A stretch of 64,000 nucleotides of DNA, from contig JBHGNT010000015.1 of the NCBI GenBank assembly GCA_043228905.1, positions 19,220,001 through 19,284,000 on the forward strand, given 5' to 3'. The notes below the pieces were generated by a model. That model saw only the letters and a program-made list of their open reading frames with translations, did not search any database and was not told the DNA's origin. Positions 19,836 through 32,951 of this stretch are shown in pieces (position 1 is the first letter of the stretch; every line of letters starts with the position of its first letter). The stretch comes from Azolla caroliniana. Its lineage: Eukaryota > Plantae > Polypodiophyta. The position numbers and the translations under genes are program-made.

Positions 19836-20316
19836 AGAGTCATAGTAAAAGGTATATGAACAAAAACAGTAAGTGATTAAAGAGGTGTATGGTAAAAGGT
19901 AGATTTATTTTATTCATCAAAGAGAAAACTATGTGAATGAACGAACATCAAATTAAAAGTAATAACTTCACAGGACCCGTCTTTAGAAGTTAATGTGAAG
20001 TTATTACTTTTTTGGCTTTTTTAGTACATCTTTAGAGGGAACACTCTCACAGAGGATCAATGTGAAAATCTAAAAAGCTAGAGTACATCCTCCTATGTGT
20101 TCCGCCATCCTTTGCAGTCATAATCCAGGGTAGAGAATGTCCTCCAATGACTAGAGTGTAACTGAACTCAAACCCCTGATTCCAAAGTCCACCCACTTTC
20201 TCCATTAATGCTCAAGAATTGGTGCATACAACTTGGTCAACAAATGATCAATCATGATAGTGCTGTATTTATTCCTTAGGCATGGAACTCCCACTCTCAT
20301 TGTTGGGTTACGCATT

Positions 20317-22430
20317 GTAACACCACCGAAATTTTGTGATACGGGTGGATCACCAATCGGTTCGGACTTGCGTATCGACGCTCCTCGTCTACAGGAATCA
20401 ATGACTACAAGAGAGAATGTGGATCCACTAATCCCCCCACCCAACCACCCTCTATCCAGCTTAAATAGAAGATCCCTCTTCATTCTCTTGTCAGTCCCCC
20501 CGTATGGTACATGAGTAGCTTATGGTAGTGAGTGCACTCTAGAGAGATTCCATCCCTCACATGTAACACCACCAAAATTTTGAAATAAGGGTGGACCGCC
20601 GATCGGTTCGGACTCGCATGTTGACGCTCCTCGTCTACAGGAATCAATGGCAACAAGAGAGAATGTGGATCCGTTGACCCCCCGCCCAACTACCCACTGT
20701 CCAGCTTAAACAGAAGATCCCTCTTCATTCTCTTGTTAGTCCCGAGGTTCCATCCCTCATTCGATTATTGAGTGCGCTCTACAGAGATTCCATCCTCATA
20801 TAGATATTAGATTATTGAGTGCACTCTCGAGAGATTCCATCTCTCACATAGGTATTAGATTATTGAGTGTACTCTAGAGAGATTCTATCCCTCACATTGC
20901 ACTTTGGCAATGGTACACATGCCACAAGCCCATGACTCACACCTTGAGTCATGGGTGTCTTCTCCATCCATCGAGAAGACTTAGAAGCCCATGACTCTTA
21001 TCCCCAATCATGGGCACCTTCTCTAACCGTCGAGAAAGGCCCTCACCTCAATCCGTCGAGGTGGTGTGTTGTGGTTCCAATCACGGAACCCCTCAACACA
21101 TTGGATGTGTTATGATTCCCCCTTTGAAGAAGGCGTCCCCTCTTCGTCTTAAAAGGGTGACGGGAATTATATGCATTAACCATATCTTCAAATTGCCACA
21201 AGGTTACAACGAATTCTCTTCCGCGGGTTTGCCTTTCCATTGGCAAAGGTAGAGTCTATTAGGCCCATTTTGGTTAGGTCAATCCCGATGACAAAGGATG
21301 GCCTCCAAGACAAAGTCGCTACCTTTGTCAATCACCAAAGCAAGACCCCTTCGAACTGCCATTTCCTCATGGTTTTCATTCAAGTAGCTCCTCTAGAGCA
21401 AGGAAATGTGGAACACCGGATGCACATCCACATAAAGTAATGAGTGCTCACACTTTACCTCACAAACCACACACAAATGCTTGATGTGGCCCATGGTTTG
21501 GTTGTTCGTGTCGTCGTCCAAAGCCTTGACAAGCGAGTGGAGTTGGCCCTTGAAGGGGCAATCTCTTGCAAAATGGTCACCTTGGCAAATGAAGCACTCA
21601 AGCTTCCTTTTCATGGTAGCATCCTTGGGCTTGAAGGAATTCACATTCGTAGTCTTCTCGGGAGGAAACTCCTTTGCAACATTTTTGCCAAATTTTGCGA
21701 TAAGGGTGGATTGCCGATTGGATTCGAACTCGCGTGTCTACGTTTTTTTTGACTAAGGGAAAATATAATGGTAGCATCCTTGGGCTTGAAGGAATTCACA
21801 TTCGTAGTCTTCTCGGGAGGAAACTCCTTTGCAACATTTTTGCCAAATTTTGCGATAAGGGTGGATTGCCGATTGGATTCGAACTCGCGTGTCTACGTTT
21901 TTTTTGACTAAGGGAAAATATAATTAAGAGAGAGAACTTGGATATCTTGAACCTCCGCCCAACCACCCCCTGTCCAACTTATATACAAGATCCTCCTTTT
22001 CTCTCATAAGTTTTCCCATATAGTACATAAGTACCTTACATCCATCATAATGGTATTTAATAGAAGTCGTTAGGGAGATTCCCTTCTTCCACATAGGTAG
22101 TTGACTTCATTTAAAGGTTATTCAAATGCTTAGGGAGATTCCCTTTCCCCACTTAGGTACTTGAGTACTATGGTATTAAATGCACTAGATATGACATTCC
22201 CCATGTGCACCTTACCTTGGGAATGGTACATGTACCATAAGCCCATGCTCACTCACACCTTGAGTCATGGGTGTCTTCTCCATCTATCGAGAAGACTTAG
22301 AAGCCCATGACTCTTACCTCGAGTCATGAGCGCCTTCTCTATCTGTCGAGAAAGGCCCTCACCTCAATCCGTCGAGGTGGGGTGTTGTGGTTCCAATCAT
22401 GGAACCCCTCAACACATCGGATGTGTTACA
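20317..22430 (-). mobile_element. Internally deleted chromovirus (gypsy) copy plus an extra partial LTR
   Basis: LTR ends 'tgtaacaccacc' at 20317 and 20562; LTR ~20562-21112 next to PPT (attcccccttt); chromodomain/integrase tail ~21113-21432; gag zinc-knuckle piece (CFICQGDHFARDC) ~21433-21690; ~150-bp tandem duplication; LTR ~21845-22430. Confidence 0.85.
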
Positions 22431-25400
22431 ACGAATTGAGGTGAGGGCCTTTCTCAACGGATAGAGAAGGCGCCCATGACTCGAGGTAAGAGTCATGGGC
22501 TTCTAAGACTTCTCGATAGATGGAGAAGACACCCATGACTCAAGGTATGAGCATGGGCTTATGGTACATGTACCATTCCCAAGGTAAGGTGCACATGGGG
22601 AATGTGACATATAGTGCATTTAATACCATAGTACTTAAGTACCTAAGTGGGGAAAGGGAATCTCCCTAAGCATTTGAATAACCTTTAAATGAAGTCAACT
22701 ACCTATGTGGAAGAAGGGAATCTCCCTAACGACTTCTATTAAATACCATTATGACGGATGTAAGGTACTTATGTACTATATGGGAAAACTTATGAGAGAA
22801 AAGGAGGATCTTGTATATAAGTTGGAACAGAGGGTGGTTGGGCGGAGGTTCAAGATATCCAAGTTCTCTCTCTTAATTATATTTTCCCTTAGTCAAAAAA
22901 AACGTAGACACGCGAGTTCGAATCCGATAAGCGATCCACCCTTATCGCGAAATTTCGGTGGTGTTACATGGTATCAGAGCCAACTCGCTAGAACTACGCT
23001 TACGGCTTGTGGGAATCGTGAATCTTAAGGTAGTATTCTTTCAAATAGCTTTCTTGACGTACTAAATCTAGAATGGTTGTGCTAGAAAATATGGATGCAC
23101 GAACCATGGAAGCGGCTCCTAATGCCTCCGTTACTTCCAACCTGGCGAATGTGTCGTCGGCTTCGGAGGAGGTTCCTATAAATTCTCCCCGAAACCTCCG
23201 TCTACGTGTTAAGGAACTCGAGACAAGAGTTGCCTTACTTGAAAGTGAAGCCGACAATCTTATTACTATGGTCGGGGACCTTAGTGCTCGCCTCGCCGAC
23301 CCGAATTCGGAATTGGTGCGTCTACTTGCTAAAGAGTCTCGTGCCGAGAATGACGCGCGAAAAGAAGCGGCTCGATGCGCCGACGAATCCCCACGTGTGA
23401 AGCCTCGTGAACCCGAAAGCTACAATGGAGCTCGAGATGCCCAAATTTTGGAGAATTTCATTTGGGATTGCGAGCAATTCTTCCTAGCCGCCCATATCCT
23501 CAACGAGGCGGACCGAGTCTTCCATTGCTCAACCTTCTTAGCCGGGGATGCTAAACTATGGTGGCGCAACTTCGTGGATGATAGCATTCGACAAAAGGGT
23601 CCCATGCCCGTGAATACGTGGGAAGAATTGAAGGAAGTTCTCAATAAGCAATTTCTTCCTTCTAATTCCGAGTGGAAGGCTCGCCAACAACTTGATCTAC
23701 TTCGTCACACGGGCCATATCAGGGATTATATTAAATCCTTCCGGGCTCTTATGTTACAAATCCGCTCCATGGGAGAAGAAGATCGTTTCTTTGCGTTTAC
23801 CAACCGATTGAAAGAGTGGGCCCAAAACGAGCTACGCTGACAAAATATAACTCTTGCGGCCGCTTATGAAGCGGCGGATCGCCTCACTGATTGGCATTCT
23901 CAAGGTGGCTCCTCCGATGGCAAAGACAAAGAAAAGAGGGGTCCTCCAAATTTGAAGGCACACAATACTCGTCCCTTCAAGAAGGTGGCTTATAATTCTC
24001 ATGGAGGTGGATCTCGACCCCCCATCAATGGCCAAAATGTTGCAAAAAAGTTTCCTTCCGCGAAGACCACGAATGTGAATTCCTTCAAGCCTAAGGATGT
24101 TGCCGTGAAAAGGAAGCTTGAATGTTTCATTTGCCAAGGTGACCATTTCGCAAGAGATTGCCCTTTCAAAGGCCAACTCCACTCACTTGTTAAGGCTTCG
24201 GATGACGACGTGAAGGATCGAACCATGGGGCACATCAAGTGTTTGTGTGCGGTTCGTGAGGTAAAGAGTGAGCATTCATTACTTTATGTTAGTGCTCTAA
24301 TCAATGGTCGTTTGTGTCAAGCGATGGTGGATACGGGTGCGTCTCACGAATTCATGACACCGACCCTCGCCAAAGCGTGTGGGCTACGTATGGAGGTGAA
24401 TTCCAAGGGCACTTGGAAGACCGTCAACGGAAAGGAGGAGCAAGTGGGGCAGATTTCTCCTAATGTTGTGGTTACTATTGGAGAGGTGACCGTGCGCGTT
24501 GAATTTAGCATCGTCGAGATGGATGATTTTGATGTGGTTTTAGGTCAATCTTGGGCGAGATTGGCGCGCGCACTACCCTACCCTTTTGGTGAGCAAGTTC
24601 TATTTTTGCAAGATAAACTTCATGTTGTAAAAGCTTCCTCTTCTTGCCCTAACCCCCTCCCAAAAATTCGCTCCTCCATGCAACTCAAGAAGGTAGCCCG
24701 AAAGGGTTGCCTTATGGTAGACGCTATATTTAAGGATACTAATGATCCCGGTCATGCCATGCCCGTAAAGGGCATTCATCCTAACATGATGGTTTTGTTA
24801 GATAGGTTTCAAGATGTCATGCCCAACGCTTTACCAAAGGAGTTGCCTCCAAAAAGAGAGGTTGATCATCGCATCGAGGTGGTGTCGGGATGCACTCCTC
24901 CCATGAAGAGTCCTTATCGCTTAAGCGTTGCCAAGAATGCGGAATTAAAGCATCAACTTAATGTGCTAGTAGAGGCGGGATTCATACGCCCTTCTAGATC
25001 TCCTTATGGTGCCCCGGTGCTCTTCGTCAAGAAGAAGGATGGAAGCTTGAGAATGTGCGTCGATTATCGAGCATTGAACAAGCTCACCATCAAGAATTGC
25101 TACCCTCTCCCCAACCTTCGAGAGATGTTCGACCAACTAGGGAAGGCGCGGTACTTCACCAAGATGGATCTTTGTTCGGGATACTATCAAGTGAGGATTG
25201 CCGAAGGTGATGTGGAGAAAACCGCCATGCGAACACGATATGGCTCATATGAGTGGCTCGTAATGTCGATGGGCTTAACCAATGCCGTAGCAACCTTTAG
25301 TACACTCATGAATCAAGTGTTTGGACCGGAGCTCAACAAATGCATTGTGGTCTACCTCGACGACTTGCTTGTCTTTAGCCCTACTTGGGACCAACACTTG

Positions 25401-28252
25401 AAGGATGTTGAGATGGCTCTCCAAAGATTAAGGGAGAACCATCTCTACGTGAAGAAATCCAAATGCGACTTTGGTGTGGAAGTAGTGTACTTCCTCGGCT
25501 TCAAAATAGCTCGTGGTGAGCTACAACCCAAAGAGGAAAAGCTTCATGCAATCAAGGAATAGCCTACCCCGCGTTCGGTAACGGATGTCCATTCTTTCCT
25601 TGGTTTGGCTTCCTTCTATTGTGTGTTTATTGATGGTTTTGCTCGACTCTCTACTCCTCTTTCTAACCTTACTAAAAGTGGGAAAAAGTGGTTTTGGTGT
25701 GACAAGTGTGCTTGTGCTTTTGATGCCTTAAAAGAGGCATTGTGCACGACGCCATGCTTGGCGCTACCCGACTTTGACAAGCCCTTTGAGCTTCATACCG
25801 ATGCATCCGATTATGCCATGGGTGGAGTGCTCATGCAAGAAGGAAGGCCGGTGGCGTTTGAGAGCAAGAGGCTCATGGATCGGGAGACGCGATACCCCAC
25901 CCATGAGAAGGAGATGGCGGCCATCGTCCATTGTCTTCGTACATGGAGGCATTACTTGATGGGGAGGCACTTCACCGTCCACACGGATAACATCACATCA
26001 ACGTACTTTGCTTCACAACCAAAACTCACCGCAAAGCAAGCTCGATGGCAAAACTTCCTTGCCGGTTATGATTTCGACCTCAAGTACAAGCCCAAAAAGC
26101 AAAATGTGGTAGCCGATGCTCTTAGTCGAAGGGCCCATTTGGCGGTCATGCATGTGGTGGTTGATACTAATATGTTGCCAACCCTCAAGAGTTCATATCA
26201 TGGTGATGAATATGCACAAAAGTGTCTTCGTTCGTTTGCTAATGGTGAAAAGGTGACCCACCTATCTCTCAAAGATGGGGTGATCTACTTCAAGCAACAA
26301 AGACTCTATGTACCTCAAGTAGTGAGGAAAGAAGTAATGTATGAGTGTCATGACACATTGTGGGTCGGACACCACGGTGGGGATAAAACCATGGAAATGT
26401 TGACTCGTAGGTACTTTTGGCCACACATGGACCAAGAAGTTCAAGCCTATGTGAGAGGATGCCAAGTGTGCCAACAAGACAAAGCCGAAAGATGCAAGCC
26501 CGCAGGATTGCTTCAACCCTTAAGCATCCCGAATCAACCATGGGAATCCCTTAGCATGGACTTCATAATAAGCTTGCCGGAGAGCCAAAACTACACGGGT
26601 ATCTTCGTTGTCGTGGATCGACTTACGAAGTATGCTCACTTTGTGGCCTATGAAAGCCCTGCGAATGCCAAGTATGTGGCGAAACTTTTCTTTGCTAATG
26701 TATTCAAATACCACAGTCTCCCAAGAGAGATTATTAGCGATCGTGATAGCCGCTTCACCGGTAAATTTTGGTCCACACTTTTTGCTTTGATGGGTACTAA
26801 CCTCAAGTTTAGTAGTTCCTATCACCCACAGACGGATGGTCAAACGGAGAGGACTAATCAAATATTGGAGGATTACCTTCGCCATTATGTTAACTTGGAT
26901 CAAAAGGATTGGTCCCAATACCTTGACATAGCGGAGTTCTCCTACAACCTCCACAAGCAAGATTCCACGAGATTTAGTCCCTTTGAACTCAATTATGGGT
27001 TCCAACCTTTGTCTCCCGGAGACCTTATGCCATTACCCTTAGCTAACATTGTTCCAAGTGCCAACATCACAATGAATAGGTGGTCCACTCGCCTCAAGCA
27101 AGCTAAGGAGGCTATGGAGAAGGCTCAAGCTCGGTACAAGAAATATGCTGACCTCAAACGTAGGCATGAAGAATATGAAGTGGGTGACTTAGTGTTCGTC
27201 AAGTTGGATAGCGAACAATTTATTCTTCCAAAGGGTATCACTCCAAAGCATGCTCGACGGTACGATGGTCCCTTTCCCATCATCGAGAAATTATCTCCTT
27301 TGACTTACAAAGTCAAGCTACCGGAACACATGGGTGTGCATCCGATGTTCCACATTTCCTTGCTCAAGAGGAACTCCATGGATGAAAACCATGAGGAAAT
27401 GGCGGTTCGAAGGGGTCCCGCTTCGGTGATTGACAAAGGTAGCGACTACGTCTTGGAGGTCATCCTTCGTCATCGGGATCGACCAAACCAAAATGGGCCT
27501 AATAGGCTCTACTATTGCCAATGGAAAGGCAAACCCACGAAAGAGAACTCGTGGCAACAAGGTGCGACCTTGTGGCAATTTGAAGATGTGATTAATGCAT
27601 GCAACTCCCATCACCCTTTTAAAATGAAGAGGGGACACCTTCTTCAAAGGGGGGAATTGTAACACATCCGATGTGTTGAGGGGTTCCATGATTGGAACCA
27701 CAACACCCCACCTCGACGGATTGAGGTGAGGGCCTTTCTCGACGGATAGAGAAGGCGCCCATGACTCGAGGTAAGAGTCATGGGCTTCTAAGTCTTCTCG
27801 ATAGATGGAGAAGACACCCATGACTCAAGGTGTGAGCATGGGCTTATGGTACATGTACCATTCCCAAGGTAAGGTGCACATGGGGAATGTCATATCTAGT
27901 GCATTTAATAACATAGTACTCAAGTACCTAAGTGGGGAAAGGGAATCTCCCTAAGCATTTGAATAACCTTTAAATGAAGTCAACTACCTATGTGGAAGAA
28001 GGGAATCTCCCTAACGACTTCTATTAAATACCATTATGACGGATGTAAGGTACTTATGTACTATATGGGAAAACTTATGAGAGAAAAGGAGGATCTTGTA
28101 TATAAGTTGGACAGAGGGTGGTTGGGCGGAGGTTCAAGATATCCAAGTTCTCTCTCTTAATTATATTTTCCCTTAGTAAAAAAAAACGTAGACACGCGAG
28201 TTCGAATCCAATCGGCGATCCACCCTTATCGCAAAATTTCGGTGGTGTTACA
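22431..28252 (+). mobile_element. Near full-length Ty3/gypsy chromovirus (Galadriel-like)
   Basis: 5' LTR 22431-22968 (lacks first ~57 nt), PBS tggtatcagagcc (tRNA-iMet) at 22969, gag-pol 23073-27662, PPT aaagggggggaat, 3' LTR 27658-28252 (TG...CA). Gag motif YNGARDAQILENFIWDCEQFF and the chromodomain ORF running into the PPT suggest the Galadriel lineage. Confidence 0.93.
23073..27662 (+). pseudogene. gag-pol polyprotein (gag, CCHC, protease, RT, RNase H, integrase, chromodomain), interrupted
   Basis: AMVDTGASH protease, VVYLDDLL RT, LHTDASDY RNase H, SMDFI / SDRDSRF / GQTER integrase, YYCQWKGKPTKENSW chromodomain; premature stops at ~23838 (TGA) and ~25560 (TAG). Confidence 0.92.
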
Positions 28253-28261
28253 GGGGGGGGG

Positions 28262-29303
28262 GCGAAATCCACCTCCTTGTGAATTAGAAGCCCTCAAATT
28301 TGGAGGACCCCTCTTTTCTTTGCCTTTGACATCGGAGGAGCCACCTTGAGAATGCCAATCGGTGAGACAATCCACCACTTCATAGGCGGCCGCAAGAGTT
28401 GTTACATTTTGTCAACAAAGAAATGCAACTAATTTGTAAATGTAAAGAAACGATATTGTTCTCCCATAGAGCGGATTTGTAACATAAGGGCACGAAAGGA
28501 TTTAATATAATCCTTGATATGGCCCGTGTGACGAAGTAGGTCAAGTTGTTGTCGAGCCTTCCCCTCGGAATTAGAAGGAAAAAATTGTTTGTTGAGGGCT
28601 TCCTTCAATTCTTCCCACATATTCACGGGACCTTTTCGTTCAATGCTATCATCGATGAAGTTGCACCACCATAGCTTAGCATCCCCGATCAAGAAGGTGA
28701 AACAAGGGAAGACATTGTCCACCTCATTGAGGATAAGGGTGGCTAGGAAGAATTGCTCGCAATCCTAAATGAGGTTCTCTAAAACTTGGGCATCTCGAAC
28801 TCCATTGTAACTTTTGGGTTCACGAGGCTTTACACGTGGAGCTTGGTCAGCACGTCGGCCCACTTCTTTTCCCACATCATTCTCGGCACGAGACTCTTTG
28901 ACAAGTAGGCGCATCATTGGTGTCGGTGAGGCGAGTACTAAGGTCCCCGATCATAGTGATAAGATTGTTGGCTTCACTTTCGAGTAAGGCAACTCTCGTC
29001 TCGACTTCCTTAACGCGTAGACGAAGGTTTCGGGGAGGATTTATAGGAACCTCCTCCGAGGCCGACGACACATTCGTCGAGTTGGAAGTAGCGGAGGCAT
29101 TGGGAGCCGCTTCCATGGTTGGTGCATTCATATTTTCTATCACAACCATTACTAGAATTAGTACTTCAAGAAGGCTATTTAAAAGAACACTACCTTCGAA
29201 TTCACGATTCCCGCAAGTCGCTAGCGTAATCGTAGCAAGTTTGCTCTGATCCCATGTAACACGACCAAAATTTTGAGATAAGGGTGGATCGTCGATCGGA
29301 TTG
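28262..29303 (-). mobile_element. Inverted 5' fragment (LTR end, PBS, gag) of the same chromovirus family
   Basis: Minus-strand ORFs MVVIENMNAPTMEAAPNAS and GDAKLWW; degenerate PBS and LTR end (ctctgatccca-tgtaacacgacc) at ~29243-29303. Confidence 0.9.
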
Positions 29304-29324
29304 GTCCCATGAAATCCCTATGAT

Positions 29325-30685
29325 TACACTTGCAACTTATGGGAATCATGAATTCAACGGTAGTGTTCTTTTAAATAGCCTTCTTGAAGTACGAAATCTA
29401 GTAATGGTTGTGCTAAAAAATATGAATGCACCAACCATGAAAGCGGCTCCTAATGCCTCCGTTACTTCTAACCCGACGAATGTGTCATCGGCCTCGGAGG
29501 AGGTTCTTATAAATCCTCCTCGAAACCTCCGTCTACGCGTTAAGGAAGTCGAGACGAGAGTTGCCTTACTCGAAAGTGAAGCCAACAATCTTATCACTAC
29601 AGTCGGGGACCTTAGTACTCGCCTCACCGACACCAATGCAGAGTTGCTGCGCCTACTTGCCAAAGAGTCTAATGCCGAGAATGATGCAGGAAAAGAAGTG
29701 GGCCAACGTGCTGACCAAGCTCCACGTGTGAAGCCTCGTGAACTTGAAAGTTACAATGGAGTTCAAGATGCCCAAGTTTTAGAGAACTTCATTTGGGATT
29801 GCGAGCAAGTCTTCCTAGCCACCCGTATCCTCAACGAGGCGGATCGTGTCTTCCATTGCTCCACCTTCTTGGTCGGAGATGCTAAGATATGGTGGCACAA
29901 CTTCATCAATGATAGCGTGAATACGTGGTCGGGACCCATGCCCGTGAATACATGGGAAGAATTGAAAGAAGATCTCAATAAACAATTTCTTCCCTCTAAT
30001 TCCAAGTGGAAGGCTCGACAACAACTTGACCTACTTCGTCACACGGGCCATATCAAGGATTATATTAAATCTTTTCGTGCTCTATGTTACAAATTCGCTC
30101 CATGGGAGAACACGATTGTTTCTTTGCATTTACAAACCAGTTGAAGGAGTGGGCTCAAAACGAGCTCCGCCAACAAAATGTGACAACTCTTGCAGCCGCG
30201 TATGACGCAACTCACCGATTGGCACTCTCAAGGTGGCTTCTTGATGTCAAAGGCAAAAGAAAAGAGCGCACCTCCAAATTTGACGACAAACAATGCTTGT
30301 CCAGTTAAGAAGGCGACTTCTAATTCAACTATGGCAAAAATGTTGCAAAGGAGTTTCCTCCCAAGAAGACTACGAATGTGAATCCCTTCAAGCCCATGGA
30401 TGCTACCATGGGAAGGAAGCTTGAGGCTTCATTTGCCAAGGCAAGCATTTTGCAAGAGATTGTCCAGTCAAGGGCCAACTCCACTCGCTTGTCAAGGCTT
30501 CAGATGATGACGCAAACAACCAAACCATGGGCCACATCAAGCGTTTGTGTGTGGTTCGTGAGGTAAAGAGTGAGCATTCATTACTTTATGTTAGTGCTCT
30601 AATCAATGGTCGTTGTGTCAAGCGATGGTGGATACGGGAGTGTCTCATGAGTTCATGACACCGACCCTCGCAAAAGCTTGTGGTC
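29325..30685 (+). mobile_element. gag-protease fragment of the same chromovirus family
   Basis: ORF 29284-30144 matches gag 23073-23840 and continues degenerate to AMVDTG (~30625) before returning to unique DNA. Confidence 0.9.
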
Positions 30686-31038
30686 AATTCCAGGAGCACT
30701 TAAACATATGAATTACAAATTACAGGATAATTATGCTGATTCTTGATTCTAAAAATAAATGTGTAACAAACTCATGGGAATCTCAATTCTACTACAAAGT
30801 ATGCCAAAAACTCCATTATGGCATTTAAATCCATGGTTTTGGAGAGCAAATAAGAACTTCCAATGCATCTCAATACTGCTGAGCAATTCGCAAACAAGGT
30901 GATCAAAGCATTGTGTAAAAAAAACTTTTATTTAGTGACCTAGTGATTAAATAAAAAAGAACTAAATCAAATCAATACAATAAAACATGGCATTGAACTT
31001 ACATAGAAAGAGCAGATCAAATAAATTTAGATTGAAAA

Positions 31039-31419
31039 TCAAAGGCTATAACGTCTTACACGGAAGGGCAGAGTCTTGGCAAGTTCAACTTCTTCGAGAG
31101 GGATGATGACAGGCCACGGGATTCCAGCTTCTTTGAACATCTCCTCAGTCTCAATGGCTTCAGACTGCTTAAGGATGGATTTACGGATGTCTTGAGCGCT
31201 GAGCTTCGACCCATCGAGAGTGGCTTCTTTACCATTGCTGTACGTGACAGAGACGAGGGGGGGAGTGTTGTCGGTGCGGCGCTTGACGGAGATCTGGCAC
31301 TTAGGGTTGCTGGACTTGGATTTCTTGGAGTTGCACTGCGCGAGGAACTCGAGTGCAGAGGAGGAGCGGGCGTCGAAGGCATTGAATTCGATCTTCACCT
31401 TCTTCAGCTGCTTCAACAT
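31039..31419 (-). CDS. MRPL53: Mitochondrial large-subunit ribosomal protein L53 (mL53)
   Basis: MLKQLKKVKIEFNAFDARSSSALEFLAQCNSKKSKSSNPKCQISVKRRTD...ETEEMFKEAGIPWPVIIP matches the plant mL53 pattern; ATG at 31419 after a CT-rich leader. The C-terminus is uncertain because of a GTAAGA donor at 31059. Confidence 0.88.
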   Translation of the reverse strand: MLKQLKKVKIEFNAFDARSSSALEFLAQCNSKKSKSSNPKCQISVKRRTDNTPPLVSVTYSNGKEATLDGSKLSAQDIRKSILKQSEAIETEEMFKEAGIPWPVIIPLEEVELAKTLPFRVRRYSL

Positions 31420-31744
31420 GATGATAAAGAAGACAGAAGAATGAAGAACAGAAGAACAGAAGAAAGAAGCAGAAGAAGAATGAAGAAAGAAGAAAGAAGA
31501 AAGAAGAAGAAGAAGGCTAGTAGAAGGTAAAAAATAACAGAAGGAAGAAGGGAGAGAAGGTTTTAGATTTGCTTGCAGGGTTTTATGAAGAAATAAATCA
31601 TCGGGGCCCCGAATCGGCTCCCGACAAGTCTGAAACCGGCGCGGATCGGTACCCTGAGTGCATACGTGGCCATGCCGGAACTTGTCAAGAAGAGCCATGC
31701 AGGAATTACGCCCCTCGTCAACTCTCATAAAGGAGGAATCGACA

Positions 31745-31920
31745 CTAATGATGAATGAACAGTGGCGATGACTAGGAATGAATGGTGATGATAGTGATGA
31801 GGAATGAATGGTGATGAATGAGGACTAATGAATGATGACAGTGGTGATTGAATGATGAATGATGACATTGGTGATTGAATGGTGATGAATGAGGAATGAT
31901 GTGTGATGATACAATGATGA
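31745..31920. repeat. Degenerate (GAT)/(GAAT) low-complexity repeat
   Basis: Repeated gatga/gaatga/ggtgatg words. Confidence 0.8.
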
Positions 31921-32951
31921 GTTAGTAGAATATTAGTGGCATTGTCCTTGGGAGTGACCTGCCACAGAAAATCCACACCTAGTTGAGAAGCTACACATAT
32001 AACTATAAACAACATTCACTCGAGCAACTTCTCGTAATTACAAATCTGAATGAATAATGTCTTACAACATGCATCCTACTTAAAGCATACGTGATTGTGT
32101 TGAACTTGTATTTACAATATCTTAATTTCGATGAGACTACTTTGGGAATTAGGCATAACTTGCTATTTATTCTTATAGTTCTCCTTGTCTACCATCTTTA
32201 TGGATATGAATTGTGCATTTGTAGATACATACCCATATGTCACTAATTCTTTATTTTGGTAAAACTTGATTAATGTACAAATCTCGCTAAAGTGTATCAT
32301 ATCAATTAACATAACAAGGATTTGCTTGTTTTCAATCATGTAGAAATACTTATACTATTCAGTCTAATGCCTACTTTATACTTGGCCCTTGTAGTCAGCA
32401 CAAACCCATGTGTATAATACACAACCCTATCACTTCTTAGGATACTAATAGTACATTAGGTTTCATGTTACTTGGTTGGGTTTTTGTCACCTTAGGTGTT
32501 CATCAATGCCATCACTTTGCAAAGGAATTGTAATTAGGGGTAAAAGGGCTTGCTTAGTTCCGTCACACATTCCTTTAGTTTCACAAGCATTGTTGTTGAT
32601 GTTTACCAAGGTGTACACTAAGTCGCTCAATTTGATTGCATTAGTATACTCTAGGATTGCACTCCTCCATACATCATTGTACTGGACCATTTCTTGCACA
32701 ACAATTCCTACTCAATATAGAACTCCTAACAGCCAAACTGATCGACCATATACTATTGACAAAGATTTGAAGATCCAAAATATGCCTACACCACTCCATA
32801 TTATTTCTAGTGCAAACATATGACTTTACATGGGTTAGAATGTAAATATATATATTACATGGATTAGAATGTAAATACATATATTACATTGCTAAGATTT
32901 GAACTTGTATTTGAGACTTCAAGTACATCAAGGTGATCTTGAATCTCCGAG

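Noticed and set aside
31420-31728. 229-aa ORF extending mL53 upstream
   Set aside because: Non-ATG start and CT-rich leader; family similarity begins at MLKQL (31419).
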